This document shows positions 38,730-48,123 of a DNA stretch of 64,000 nt, in pieces (position 1 is the stretch's first letter; each line of letters begins with the position of its first letter). The DNA lies in the NCBI GenBank assembly GCA_040903985.1, contig JBBDUI010000002.1, positions 454,038-518,037 on the forward strand, in the 5' to 3' direction. Origin of the DNA: Candidatus Saccharimonadales bacterium. Its GTDB lineage: Bacteria; Patescibacteriota; Saccharimonadia; QS-5-54-17. The position numbers were made by a program, and so were the translations under genes. The notes below the pieces were generated by a model. That model searched no databases. It was not told the origin of the DNA and saw nothing but the letters and a program-made list of their open reading frames with translations.

Positions 38730-40241
38730 ATGGAGATTGCAGTAATCTTTGCTGTAGTAGGTGCTGCCCTGGGATTTGGAGCTAAGACGGCGCAGACCAA
38801 GCGTGTACTAGGAGATGCCGAGAGTCGGGTTAAGAAACAGCTAAGTGAGGCCGAGGAAAAAGGTAAAGAGATCGTGCGCCAAGCCAAGGAAGAGGCGACC
38901 AAGATTACCGATGAAGCTAAGGTTGAGGAGAAGACGCACCGCAAAGAGCTGACGGAGATCGAGAAGCGCCTGATTAAGCGAGAAGATACTCTGGATGCCA
39001 AACTGGAAGAGTTAGATAAGCGTTCGGAGAAGATTCGTAAATCCGAAGATGAGATTGAGAGTTTTAAGGCCGAACTGGTCGAGATTCGGTCCAAGAGCCA
39101 GGAGAAGTTAGAGAAGATAGCCAAGCTCAGCCGTGAAGATGCCGCTGATCGACTCATGAAGATGACCGAGAAGGACGTGCGGGAAGACCTAGTTGGGCTA
39201 GTGAATAAGATGAAAGAAGACGCCGCTGAGGAAGCGGAAGATAATGCTAAAGCCATCATCGTGGCTGCCATGGAGCGGCTAGCCAGTGACGTCTCGGTGG
39301 AGAAAACGGTGACCTCGGTAGCCCTGCCAAACGATGAGATGAAGGGACGTATTATCGGTAAGGAAGGCCGCAACATTCAGGCCCTAGAACGAGCGACCGG
39401 AGTCGACATCATGGTGGACGATACTCCCGGTGTAGTTGTACTTTCCAGTTTCGACCCTATTCGCCGGCAGGTAGCGCGGGTAGTGATGGAGACTTTGATG
39501 AAAGATGGCCGCATCCACCCCGGTCGTATCGAAGAGGTGGTCAATAAAGCCCAAGCTCAGATCGATAAAGAAGTCATCGCAGCCGGTAATGAGGCCGCTC
39601 GTGATGTCGGTATAGTCGGTATCCCGAAAGAGATTATTCATCTTATCGGTGAGCTTAAGTTCCGTACTTCCTACGGTCAGAACGTGCTTAAGCACTCCGT
39701 CGAGATGGCCCATATGGCCGGTATGATTGCCGAGGAGATCGGTGCTAATGTGCGGGTGTGTAAATATGCCGCTCTAATCCACGATATGGGTAAGGCTTTG
39801 ACCCACAAGATGGAGGGTAAGCACCACCACCTATCGGGCGAGATGGCTCGTAAGTATGGTATCGAGGAGGCGGTAGCACACGCCGCCGAGGCCCACCATG
39901 ATGATGTGGAAGCCACTACGGTCGAGGCACTGGTTATCCGGGTGGTAGACGCCCTCAGTGCCGCTCGACCAGGCGCTCGCAACCAGTCGATGGAGAACTT
40001 CATCCAGCGTATGCAAGAGCTGGAGAACGTGGCTAACGGCTTCAAGGGCATTGAGAAGTCCTACGCTATATCGGCCGGTCGTGAGATTCGTGTCTTCGTC
40101 CGACCGCAAGAGATGGATGATCTTTCCTCCATCAAGCTGGCCCGCGATATCGCGGATAAGATCGAAAGTACTTTGCAGTACCCCGGTACGGTAAAGGTTA
40201 ACGTCATTCGCGAGACTCGTTCGATTGAGTACGCTAAGTAG
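38730..40241 (+). CDS. rny: ribonuclease Y (N-terminal TM, coiled coil, KH domain, HD domain)
   Basis: MEIAVIFAVVGAALG TM segment. KH GxxG in IIGKEGRNIQALE. HD motifs at HSVEMAHMAGMIA...LIHDMGK. Confidence 0.9.
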   Translation: MEIAVIFAVVGAALGFGAKTAQTKRVLGDAESRVKKQLSEAEEKGKEIVRQAKEEATKITDEAKVEEKTHRKELTEIEKRLIKREDTLDAKLEELDKRSEKIRKSEDEIESFKAELVEIRSKSQEKLEKIAKLSREDAADRLMKMTEKDVREDLVGLVNKMKEDAAEEAEDNAKAIIVAAMERLASDVSVEKTVTSVALPNDEMKGRIIGKEGRNIQALERATGVDIMVDDTPGVVVLSSFDPIRRQVARVVMETLMKDGRIHPGRIEEVVNKAQAQIDKEVIAAGNEAARDVGIVGIPKEIIHLIGELKFRTSYGQNVLKHSVEMAHMAGMIAEEIGANVRVCKYAALIHDMGKALTHKMEGKHHHLSGEMARKYGIEEAVAHAAEAHHDDVEATTVEALVIRVVDALSAARPGARNQSMENFIQRMQELENVANGFKGIEKSYAISAGREIRVFVRPQEMDDLSSIKLARDIADKIESTLQYPGTVKVNVIRETRSIEYAK

Positions 40242-40252
40242 GGTTCGCGTAT

Positions 40253-41047
40253 ATGAAGCTGCTCTACATCGGTGATGTGATGGGTCGCCCTGGCCGAGAG
40301 CTGGTAGCGACTCATCTGCCGCAGTTGAGAGACCGCTTTTCTCCGGACATCGTCTTAGCTCAGGCCGAGAACGTCACCCATGGCAAGGGTATGAGTGTAG
40401 CCCACTATCATGAGCTACGTGGCTGCGGCATCGATGGTTTTATGAGCGGAAACCACATCTTTGAGGCGGCCGATCTGATCCCGCTGTTAAAAGACCCGAA
40501 CAGTCCCGTGACTCGACCAGCTAACTATCCCGAAGGTACCCCGGGCATGCAGTATAAGTATCTCGATACCGCATGCGGAAAGTTGCTACTAGTCAGCCTG
40601 ATGGGCCAGATTGTCGGCAAGGATGCTGATAAGCCGATCGACAATCCCCTCCACGTCATCGACGAGATCTTAGCGGCGCACCACGCAGAAGCTGTAGCTA
40701 CTATCGTTAATTTCCACGGTGATTATTCCAGTGAGAAGGTAGTCATCGGTCAGTATCTCGACGGTCGGGTTGCTGCCGTAATCGGAGATCATTGGCACGT
40801 ACCGACGGCCGATGCTCGGATCTTGCCCCAGGGTACGGCTCACATGAGTGATGTCGGTATGGTCGGCACGCTTAACTCATCTCTGGGAGTAGCTAGCGAT
40901 GTCATTATTAAGCGTTGGCGCGGTGAGCGCCAAGGGCGCAATGAACTGGCTCACGACTCACCTTTTCAGTTTTGCGCCGCACTAATTGAGATTAATCCAG
41001 ATACTGGCTTGTCGGAGTCAATAACCCCGATTGTCGATTACCTCTAG
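40253..41047 (+). CDS. ymdB: YmdB-family metallophosphoesterase (2',3'-cNMP phosphodiesterase-like, TIGR00282)
   Basis: MKLLYIGDVMGRPGR N-terminus and GNH, GDHWH metal-ligand motifs. In the conserved position after rny. Confidence 0.8.
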   Translation: MKLLYIGDVMGRPGRELVATHLPQLRDRFSPDIVLAQAENVTHGKGMSVAHYHELRGCGIDGFMSGNHIFEAADLIPLLKDPNSPVTRPANYPEGTPGMQYKYLDTACGKLLLVSLMGQIVGKDADKPIDNPLHVIDEILAAHHAEAVATIVNFHGDYSSEKVVIGQYLDGRVAAVIGDHWHVPTADARILPQGTAHMSDVGMVGTLNSSLGVASDVIIKRWRGERQGRNELAHDSPFQFCAALIEINPDTGLSESITPIVDYL

Positions 41048-41103
41048 CTTGATGTTAAGCGCATTACGGCTTATAATAGCCATTATAGGAATAGGAGGCA
41101 GCA

Positions 41104-41376
41104 ATGACGAAACGCGAACTTATTAATACTCTGGCCCGCCGACAAAAGGTGAGCAAACGTCAAGCTGAGGAGTGGCTCGACACTTTTACCGGACTAGTAG
41201 TCGAGGAAGTATCTAAGGGCAATAAAGTGTCTATCACCGGTTTTGGTGTGTTTGACCTAGGTAAGCGTGCTGCCCGCCGCGGCGTCGATCCTCGTACCCA
41301 AGCGGAAATTCACATTCCCGAAATGAAGATGCCTCGCTTTCGAGTCGGTAAACGTTTCAAAGAAGCTGTTCGCTAA
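41104..41376 (+). CDS. hup: DNA-binding protein HU
   Basis: About 90 aa. GFGVF...RAARRGVDPRT arm motif. Confidence 0.85.
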   Translation: MTKRELINTLARRQKVSKRQAEEWLDTFTGLVVEEVSKGNKVSITGFGVFDLGKRAARRGVDPRTQAEIHIPEMKMPRFRVGKRFKEAVR

Positions 41377-41903
41377 TGTCTCCGGAAGGTGGCTACCGTG
41401 GTAACGGCGAGATTTCGTCCCCTACAATAGCAGCCCGAGAAATTTACGAGCAAATTGAGACCGAAAGTGTGAGCGATGTGCTCCGAATCGGTTTAGCCCG
41501 AGCACCATATACGGCGTGGGGATACGATGTGTTTGCCGTCGAGATGCACGGTGCCCAGCCACCAATTACCGGCCTTGATCCGCGTACAGCTCGTTTGCTT
41601 CTCTTGGAACACTGCGAGGATGCTAGTTTTGGCGGGTGCACGACTCCGGTTCAATCGCTTGTTCGCCGCACTGTCTCTGCCTTCGATATCGATAGCGGAG
41701 CAGCTTGGCAAGGAGTCGATGAGGTAGAAGGAAATACCTTTTTGACATCAGGGAGATTAAAACAAGCTTACAGTAAGGACAACCAAGGTCAGCATTTCAT
41801 GCTACAGGTTGAGTTTGTTTATGCTGATCAAGGTCAAGGCCGGCTAGTTGATGAGGAGACATTACGAGTATTAGCGCAAATTCATGCGCGTACTACACTC
41901 TAG
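41376..41903 (+). CDS. hypothetical protein
   Basis: ORF of 175 aa. ATGA overlap with the hup stop. Confidence 0.4.
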   Translation: MSPEGGYRGNGEISSPTIAAREIYEQIETESVSDVLRIGLARAPYTAWGYDVFAVEMHGAQPPITGLDPRTARLLLLEHCEDASFGGCTTPVQSLVRRTVSAFDIDSGAAWQGVDEVEGNTFLTSGRLKQAYSKDNQGQHFMLQVEFVYADQGQGRLVDEETLRVLAQIHARTTL

Positions 41904-41983
41904 TGTAGATTTATTACCCCTGAATAGTTATAATCAACAACCGTACGTCAGATTAATCAGTTCCTCCGCTGGAATCACGGGAC

Positions 41984-42023
41984 AATCTTCAAAACCTGTC
42001 CGATCGGACACTTTTTGAAGATT
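41984..42023. repeat. 40-bp palindrome, copy 3 (two substitutions in the left arm)
   Basis: AATCTTCAAAACCTGTCCGATCGGACACTTTTTGAAGATT. Lies 33 nt upstream of the tRNA-like fragment. Confidence 0.75.
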
Positions 42024-42056
42024 AAAGTGGCGGAAGGTGCCGATCAATGTGTACAC

Positions 42057-42103
42057 CGGGGTGTGGCCTAGTGGCTAAGGCGTCCGCCTGAGGCGGAAGA
42101 TCG
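42057..42103 (+). pseudogene. 5' tRNA gene fragment (acceptor 5' strand, D arm, and an anticodon arm with a 5-nt loop)
   Basis: 26 nt identical to the 5' end of the downstream tRNA-Pro (CGGGGTGTGGCCTAGTGGCTAAGGCG). The anticodon arm TCCGC-CTGAG-GCGGA is defective. It shares AGATCG, then diverges. No T arm is present. Confidence 0.5.
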
Positions 42104-42115
42104 GGGGTAAGAAGC

Positions 42116-42355
42116 GTGTTTTGTGTATATGTGCTTCAGAATTCAATAACCCGCAAAAGATACATTGGATATACTTCTAGTCTCGAAGAGCGTATCAGAA
42201 AGCATAATACGAATCACAAAGGCTACACTGGCCAGGCCGGTGTCTGGTCTGTGATTTATAGCGAATATTATGAGAGTAAAAGAGATGCGATCTATCGCGA
42301 GAAGTTTCTTAAATCAGGAAAGGGTAGAGAATTTCTTGATAGTTTGACAGAATAA
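42116..42355 (+). CDS. GIY-YIG nuclease family protein (YhbQ/UPF0213-like, 79 aa)
   Basis: VYVLQN...RYIGYTSSLEERIRKHN matches the GIY-(x10)-YIG core, with a downstream conserved Arg/Glu region. GTG start immediately after the tRNA fragment. Confidence 0.65.
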   Translation: MFCVYVLQNSITRKRYIGYTSSLEERIRKHNTNHKGYTGQAGVWSVIYSEYYESKRDAIYREKFLKSGKGREFLDSLTE

Positions 42356-42367
42356 GTGAGTACCTAT

Positions 42368-42443
42368 CGGGGTGTGGCCTAGTGGCTAAGGCGCCTGCTT
42401 TGGGAGCAGGAGATCGTGAGTTCGAGTCTCACCACCCCGACCA
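42368..42443 (+). tRNA. tRNA-Pro (anticodon UGG), CCA encoded
   Basis: A cloverleaf can be built by hand. Acceptor CGGGGTG/CACCCCG, anticodon stem CCTGC/GCAGG with loop TTTGGGA, T arm GTGAG-TTCGAGT-CTCAC. Confidence 0.8.
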
Positions 42444-42516
42444 CATCAGAATATATTTAGCCTTATGCCCATCGTGATAGCGGCTTACGCCTTGCTTACC
42501 GTGGGCTTTTTTTAGG

Positions 42517-43752
42517 CTACTTTTTAAACAGGCTCGATAGCTTTAGGCGATCGTTGAACTCGAGCGCACCGAGACGGAAGAGTTTGGCTGCGAGCAAGAA
42601 GGCAAGTACAGTGGAAGCGATTAAGACCGTGATAGCAGCAGCGGCTTCAGGAGCATCGATATTGCCGAAAGTATTACGGAACAGCAAGGTGGTGGGCGAA
42701 GTGATCGGGAAGAAGGTGAGGAATTTCACTAAGGCACTTCCTGGCGCAGTAGTTATTACTCCGAAAGAGTAGAAGGGGAGGAAGGGTAAGATAAAGAAGA
42801 CGCTGGAGAAGGAGTTAGCTTCTTTGACACCGGGTACCATTGAGGCCACGCCACTCATGAGGGCGGCAAAGAAGAGAAAACCGAAGACAAGGACGAGAAA
42901 GCCGATAATAATCGCCATCGGGTCGAAGACTAGGGTTGAGAAGTCGATATCGAGCGGGAGACCGATCTGGTCTTCAAACCTGCGGGCAGTAAAGATACCA
43001 GTCACGGTTAAGGTAAGGAAGAAGAGTAGCTGGGTGAGAGCTACTAGGCTGACACCGAATAGCTTACCCGTTATCAAAGTCCGAGGTCGGACATAACTTA
43101 GTACCATCTCCATCGATCGGTTCTCTTTCTCTTCGGCGACACCTAGGAGCATATACCCCATAGAGAAGAGCAGGACGATGAAGAATATAGCTAGGAATAC
43201 TCCCGGTACGATGTAGCCGGCAGCGCCAGGAAGTCGCTCCCCGTCTTCATACGTTGTCAAATCACCAGTAGTACCTTGCTGAATCAGGGCTACAATCTCT
43301 GGATCCCCGATGGGCGCGATCAAGCTACTGTGTAAGAGCTGACTCGCAACTTCCGATATAGCCGAGGAGACCACAAAGTCATCACCACCGCTGATAATCA
43401 CTTCAAACTGGCGGGTCTCCTTGAGCTTCTCCGGGTAGATAATTACGCCACTTAGCTCCTCATCTATGACTGCCTCAACGGTAGCTTCTTTGGCTGCAGT
43501 CGGACGCAGTTCAAGGTTAGAGGCGGCAACTATATCCGGGTCTATGAGGCCACTTTCGTCTATTACCACTACATTCTCGACTCGTTCGGCAGCCTCATCG
43601 ATATTGCTGTCGGCCGTATGCTGAGCAAAGTAGCTGAGGCCGAAGATGGCCGCCATGAAAATGGGTAGGGCTAGCATAGTGAGCAAGAAAGCAGGTTGCT
43701 TGACGATAGTCAGGTACTCATGGCGAATGACTGATTTGAGTTTATGGCTCAT
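42517..43752 (-). CDS. ABC-2 type exporter permease with large extracytoplasmic loop
   Basis: N-terminal TM, a loop of about 150 aa, and a C-terminal bundle of 5 TM helices. It follows the ATPase gene with a 4-nt overlap. Confidence 0.6.
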   Translation of the reverse strand: MSHKLKSVIRHEYLTIVKQPAFLLTMLALPIFMAAIFGLSYFAQHTADSNIDEAAERVENVVVIDESGLIDPDIVAASNLELRPTAAKEATVEAVIDEELSGVIIYPEKLKETRQFEVIISGGDDFVVSSAISEVASQLLHSSLIAPIGDPEIVALIQQGTTGDLTTYEDGERLPGAAGYIVPGVFLAIFFIVLLFSMGYMLLGVAEEKENRSMEMVLSYVRPRTLITGKLFGVSLVALTQLLFFLTLTVTGIFTARRFEDQIGLPLDIDFSTLVFDPMAIIIGFLVLVFGFLFFAALMSGVASMVPGVKEANSFSSVFFILPFLPFYSFGVITTAPGSALVKFLTFFPITSPTTLLFRNTFGNIDAPEAAAAITVLIASTVLAFLLAAKLFRLGALEFNDRLKLSSLFKK

Positions 43753-44477
43753 GATTTATCTCCCCGGTAGAGTGCGACGAAGGCCTCTTCGATCGATTTG
43801 GCTTTAAACTCTTTCTTAACCTCAGGGACACTACCGTAAGCTACTCGTTCGCCGTCACGGATGATAATCAGTCGATCAGCGATACGTTCGACCTCTTCCA
43901 TTAGGTGGGTGATGTAGATAATAGCGGTACCCTTATCACGCAGTTCGTTCACTGTATCCATCAGTAACACTCGGTTGACCGGGTCTAGGCCCTTCGTCGG
44001 TTCGTCTAAGATCAAAAGTTTAGGATCGTTCATAATAGCTACCCCGAGTTGTACTTTTTGCTGTTGACCGCCAGAAAGTTTTTTCACCTTGGTGGTAGCT
44101 AGGTGATCGAGATCGACGCGTTTTAAGTAATCGTGCGAGAACTCTTTAGCAGCAGCCCGAGTCATACCCTTAAGCTCCCCGAAGTAGGTCATAGTATCTA
44201 TTACTTTGCTACGGGTATATAGGCCGCGCTCTTCCGGCAGATAGCCGACGATGTCAGACATATGAGGGCCGTACTGCTCACCGTTGACGTGTAAGTGGCC
44301 GCTGGTGGGACGATAGATACCGAGTAAGCTACGGATAGTCGAGGTCTTACCAGAGCCGTTAGCTCCGAGAAAAGCAAACACCTCACCGGGCTGCACCTCG
44401 AAATTCATATCACGTACGATACTTTTACCGCCGAGGGTGAGGTTGAAATCCGCTACTTTTACTATCGGTTTTGCCAT
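43749..44477 (-). CDS. ABC transporter ATP-binding protein
   Basis: Walker A GANGSGKTS, signature LSGGQQQK, Walker B LLILDEPT. Confidence 0.85.
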   Translation of the reverse strand: MAKPIVKVADFNLTLGGKSIVRDMNFEVQPGEVFAFLGANGSGKTSTIRSLLGIYRPTSGHLHVNGEQYGPHMSDIVGYLPEERGLYTRSKVIDTMTYFGELKGMTRAAAKEFSHDYLKRVDLDHLATTKVKKLSGGQQQKVQLGVAIMNDPKLLILDEPTKGLDPVNRVLLMDTVNELRDKGTAIIYITHLMEEVERIADRLIIIRDGERVAYGSVPEVKKEFKAKSIEEAFVALYRGDKS

Positions 44478-44491
44478 AACTATTTACTAGC

Positions 44492-45145
44492 CTACACCAC
44501 ATAGCGGAGAGCAACAAATCCGCCTACCAGCAGAGCGATAAAGGCCAGGCCGAGGATATCGATATAGCGCTCAATTTTAGCTTTATACTTCGCCCCCAGC
44601 TTCTGGGAGAGCCAGGCCACGATGAAGAATCTCCCCCCACGGCTAAGCAGAGAGGCAAGGATCAGGGTAATGATATTAACGTGAAAAAGGCCACTAGCGA
44701 TGGTAAAGACTTTAAAGGGAATCGGTGTAAAGCCAGCGGTGAAGATAGTGATAAAGGCGTTACGTTCGTAACTCTCACCAACCGAGTCAAAGTCTTCCTG
44801 TAGACCATAGGAGTCGATGATGGGTTGACCTAAAGTCTCAAATAGGGCGAAGCCGATGAAGTAACCCAGCAGTGCGCCTAGGACAGAAGCGACGGTGGTT
44901 ATAAGCGCTAGTCGTACCCACTTTCGGGCGTTGGCCATAACCATAGTAATTAATAAAGGGTCAGGGGGAATGGGAAAGAATGAGCTTTCGGTAAAAGAGA
45001 AGCCGAAGAGAGCTTTCTCAGCCTGAGGGGAATCACCCCATTTCATCATCCAGGCGTACAAGCGCTTAATGATAAGTCGAGGCCAGTTTAATATCGCATA
45101 TAGCCAAGAGAAACGCGGTTCGCGGGCAAAATCGTTTTTACTCAT
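44492..45145 (-). CDS. DedA/TVP38-family membrane protein (YqaA-like)
   Basis: The ESSFFPIPPDPLLI re-entrant loop motif is typical of the DedA family. Confidence 0.6.
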   Translation of the reverse strand: MSKNDFAREPRFSWLYAILNWPRLIIKRLYAWMMKWGDSPQAEKALFGFSFTESSFFPIPPDPLLITMVMANARKWVRLALITTVASVLGALLGYFIGFALFETLGQPIIDSYGLQEDFDSVGESYERNAFITIFTAGFTPIPFKVFTIASGLFHVNIITLILASLLSRGGRFFIVAWLSQKLGAKYKAKIERYIDILGLAFIALLVGGFVALRYVV

Positions 45146-45187
45146 CCCTGCATTATAGCAATTTAAATGCTAGTGATAAGTAAGATT

Positions 45188-46057
45188 CTATTTCTTCAAT
45201 TTTGATATATGGGCCTCTGTCCCTTCAGCCTCGTGGACGACGCTTTGGGGGAATGGGATGACGATACCGGCCTCGTCGAAGGCGAACTTCAGCCGCTTAC
45301 GTAGCTCGCCGGCCACCTCCCACTGAGCTAGCGGTTTGGTTTCACCGATGATTTTTATCACGATGGCGCTGTCGGCAAAATCGTTGATACGCAGGAACTG
45401 CGGTGGCGTAATGATTCGCTTCTGCCAGTCTTCATCCTGGGCCAGCTCAACCCCGACCCGATTGACCACCTCGATAACTTTTTTGATATCTGAGCTGTAG
45501 TCGACACCGATATCGAGGTTAACCCGAGCGTACTCTTTAGAGAGGTTCTTCGATCGCTGCACGGTACCGTGGGGTACGTGGTGGACGGTACCGTCGAGAT
45601 CACGCAAGACAGCCATTCGGAGAGAGATGTCTTCCACCGTACCGACGTCTCCGTCGAGATCGACTACATCACCGATCTGGTACTGGTTCTCGACTATGAC
45701 ATAGAGACCGGCGAAGATATCCTGCATGACTTTCTGCGCGCCGAAAGCAATTACTATACCGACTAGTCCTCCGGCGGCTAGAAGTGGCCGGAGATCGATC
45801 TCGAGCTGGGAGATGATGGCCGCAATCGCGATCATCCAGACCAGTAGACTGAAGACACCGGCGGACACATCGAGCAGGGTCTGTTCACGCTGTTTGTGCT
45901 GGGCTTCGGTCTGGAAGCGACTGGTCTTGACTGCCCGGCGGATAAAGCCTTCGAGCGGCACCATACCAAAACGACGGGTTAGTATGGCCAGGGCGATGAT
46001 AAACAAGATAGCCAGAGCGTGTTCGTTAATCCAGGTAGTTAAGAAATCCAGTTCCAT
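45188..46057 (-). CDS. small-conductance mechanosensitive channel MscS family
   Basis: Three N-terminal TM segments, then the conserved beta-domain IGDVVDLDGDVGTVEDISLRMAVLRDLDGTVHHVPHG. Confidence 0.75.
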   Translation of the reverse strand: MELDFLTTWINEHALAILFIIALAILTRRFGMVPLEGFIRRAVKTSRFQTEAQHKQREQTLLDVSAGVFSLLVWMIAIAAIISQLEIDLRPLLAAGGLVGIVIAFGAQKVMQDIFAGLYVIVENQYQIGDVVDLDGDVGTVEDISLRMAVLRDLDGTVHHVPHGTVQRSKNLSKEYARVNLDIGVDYSSDIKKVIEVVNRVGVELAQDEDWQKRIITPPQFLRINDFADSAIVIKIIGETKPLAQWEVAGELRKRLKFAFDEAGIVIPFPQSVVHEAEGTEAHISKLKK

Positions 46058-46157
46058 TACCCCGATAGTAACAGATAGGGAAGTTGATTGCTACGCATTG
46101 ATTCTGGCATGATAGGGGTGATATTTAGTTTAGGTACAGACAAAAAAGGAGACCCGT

Positions 46158-46469
46158 ATGCGCGAAGAATTACGTGGATTTGCAGATTTTATCCGCAGCA
46201 AGGGAGTGATCGGACTTGCTGTCGGTATCATTATCGGAACTGTCGTCACCGCCACGGTACAGTCGCTAGTGAACGACATCTTTAACCCGTTAGTCGGGCT
46301 ACTACTGGATGTTGATAATCTAGCTGCGGCTACATTTACGATCGGTGAGGCGGAGCTACGCTGGGGCAATTTCGTCAGTACGCTAGTTGATCTCCTCATT
46401 ATCGCCGCTGTCGTTTACTTTGGGGTTAAGTGGTTGCGCCTGGATCAGGTGGATAAATCGGCTAAGTAG
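46158..46469 (+). CDS. mscL: large-conductance mechanosensitive channel MscL
   Basis: FIRSKGVIGLAVGIIIGTVVT...IFNPLVGLLL matches the MscL TM1/periplasmic loop signature. Confidence 0.75.
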   Translation: MREELRGFADFIRSKGVIGLAVGIIIGTVVTATVQSLVNDIFNPLVGLLLDVDNLAAATFTIGEAELRWGNFVSTLVDLLIIAAVVYFGVKWLRLDQVDKSAK

Positions 46470-46504
46470 TCCCGTCCACTGCGTACAAGTGGTAGGATAT
46501 ATAT

Positions 46505-47053
46505 ATGAAAGCTAGATATTTCGTCGCCCTAACCGTTATTTTACTTGGCGTAGCCATCCTAGGGCTGCGACATAACAACATTACAGCTAATAATATGAAG
46601 CTACGCTTAATCGAGCGTGACCGGAGCGGAGAAGATGTTCGTCCCGAGGTGGAAGGTACGTTGCGTGATTTCGTCTTTACTCACATGAATGCCAGTATCA
46701 ATATCGTCTTAGTCGGTGAGCATGCGCGAGCTAGTGCTCAAGCTCAGGCCAGTACGGATGATACTGTCGACGGCAGTCTCTACGATGAGGCAGTACGGGT
46801 CTGTGAAGAGGACCGCGGACATGTAACGGAGAACGCGCAGTGTGTACTAGAGTACGTGGACAGTCGTAGTAGTGAAGTAGCGGAAGTCGAACTACCTGAT
46901 ATTAAAAACTTTAGCTATACCTACCACTCACCTTTGTGGATATGGGATACACCCGGTCTCGCTCTGTTTGGTGCAGTGTTAAGTACCGTTATTGCACTTT
47001 GGCTCTACGCTCGTTATCACACTCGTCGCTTACTACATAAAACAGGCCGGTAG
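46505..47053 (+). CDS. hypothetical membrane-anchored/secreted protein
   Basis: N-terminal and C-terminal hydrophobic segments. No recognisable motifs. Confidence 0.4.
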   Translation: MKARYFVALTVILLGVAILGLRHNNITANNMKLRLIERDRSGEDVRPEVEGTLRDFVFTHMNASINIVLVGEHARASAQAQASTDDTVDGSLYDEAVRVCEEDRGHVTENAQCVLEYVDSRSSEVAEVELPDIKNFSYTYHSPLWIWDTPGLALFGAVLSTVIALWLYARYHTRRLLHKTGR

Positions 47054-47071
47054 TTTCCTACCGGCCTGTTT
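47040..47071. terminator. bidirectional terminator hairpin
   Basis: AAACAGGCCGGTAG-TTTC-CTACCGGCCTGTTT, a 14-bp perfect stem between convergent genes. Confidence 0.55.
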
Positions 47072-47098
47072 AGGCTGCGAAAGAGATAGGGGTCTAAA

Positions 47099-47659
47099 CT
47101 ACTCTTCCTCTTCCTCGGCGGCTGCCGGGTTAGTACCGTTCTCACGGAAGGTTTCGATAGCCTGCGAGACATCGCCTTCTACACGCAAGTTCTCCCAGAA
47201 GATAATCTCTTCCGGTGAGATAAACATCTGATCTTCCGGTCCGTGTAGCTCGTTACCGAGCTTAGCTAGGCTGACTTGAGGTTCTTCGCTGCTAGCCTCT
47301 TCCGGCTGCAGCTGTTGATCGACCTGTAGGTAGTAGATGTCCTCTAGGACTACCGTTTGGCTACTCATCGAGCTGATCTTACCGAAGTAAACTTGGCCAT
47401 TAGTCAGGAAGACGGCCTGGTATTGGTCCTCGTTAATGTGGCTAGCGGCACCATTCTTGCCACTGAAGATAGCCATAGCAAACGCGATTAATACTATTAA
47501 TGCTGCTGCCGATATCAAGATCACGGCGATCTTACTCTCTAGGGTCGGGCGGTACCATTTATTGGTTGAAGACGATTGACCTTGAGCTGCTGACTGCCCT
47601 GCATTGTCATACTGCGCTTGTTGGCCACGCACTTGGTGTGGTTGTCCTAATCCTTCCAT
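47099..47659 (-). CDS. hypothetical single-pass membrane protein with acidic C-terminal tail
   Basis: ORF. Gln-rich N-terminus, one TM segment, poly-Glu C-terminus. Confidence 0.4.
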   Translation of the reverse strand: MEGLGQPHQVRGQQAQYDNAGQSAAQGQSSSTNKWYRPTLESKIAVILISAAALIVLIAFAMAIFSGKNGAASHINEDQYQAVFLTNGQVYFGKISSMSSQTVVLEDIYYLQVDQQLQPEEASSEEPQVSLAKLGNELHGPEDQMFISPEEIIFWENLRVEGDVSQAIETFRENGTNPAAAEEEEE

Positions 47660-47814
47660 TACTCTTCCTTTTCTTATGCTTATTTATACTGGTGTTTATT
47701 GTAGATTAGCCTGCGTATAGGTGCAAGACCCTTATGCTTCAGTGGTGAATAATTTGACATCAGGGGTGTCTCAGGTATATTCTGGGGTCAGTCATAAGTA
47801 ATAAGGAGAGAGAC

Positions 47815-48015
47815 ATGGCATATTCACACGTGAATTCAAAGGGAGTTACTTACTACCTTCATTCAAAGGACGTAACTCTACGCGGTGGACGTCAACAGCG
47901 AATCTACTACTTCGCTAAAGAAGCTAAACCAGGTGAGTCAATCGACGCACTACCAGAAGGTTTCGTCGTTACTGAGAACCCACGCAACGGCTTCCTTACT
48001 CTCAAGCGCGCTTAA
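47815..48015 (+). CDS. small hypothetical protein (66 aa)
   Basis: ORF with an RBS-like GGAGAGAGA upstream. A clean terminator follows. Confidence 0.35.
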   Translation: MAYSHVNSKGVTYYLHSKDVTLRGGRQQRIYYFAKEAKPGESIDALPEGFVVTENPRNGFLTLKRA

Positions 48016-48036
48016 GTTAACCCTTCAAGCGACCAA

Positions 48037-48070
48037 TAGACACTCTCTTCGGAGGGTGTCTATTTATTGA
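48037..48070 (+). terminator. rho-independent terminator with UUCG tetraloop
   Basis: TAGACACTCTC-TTCG-GAGGGTGTCTA is an 11-bp stem with one G-U pair, followed by TTTATT. Confidence 0.6.
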
Positions 48071-48123
48071 GCGGGTCATTTTGCATTGCTCCCAGTGATA
48101 TGACGGTGTTATATTTAATTGTA

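Noticed and set aside
38636-39376. 246-aa Ser-rich ORF on the minus strand
   Set aside because: It lies antisense across the rny start. Its Ser-rich composition is the mirror of the Glu/Lys-rich coiled-coil codons of RNase Y.
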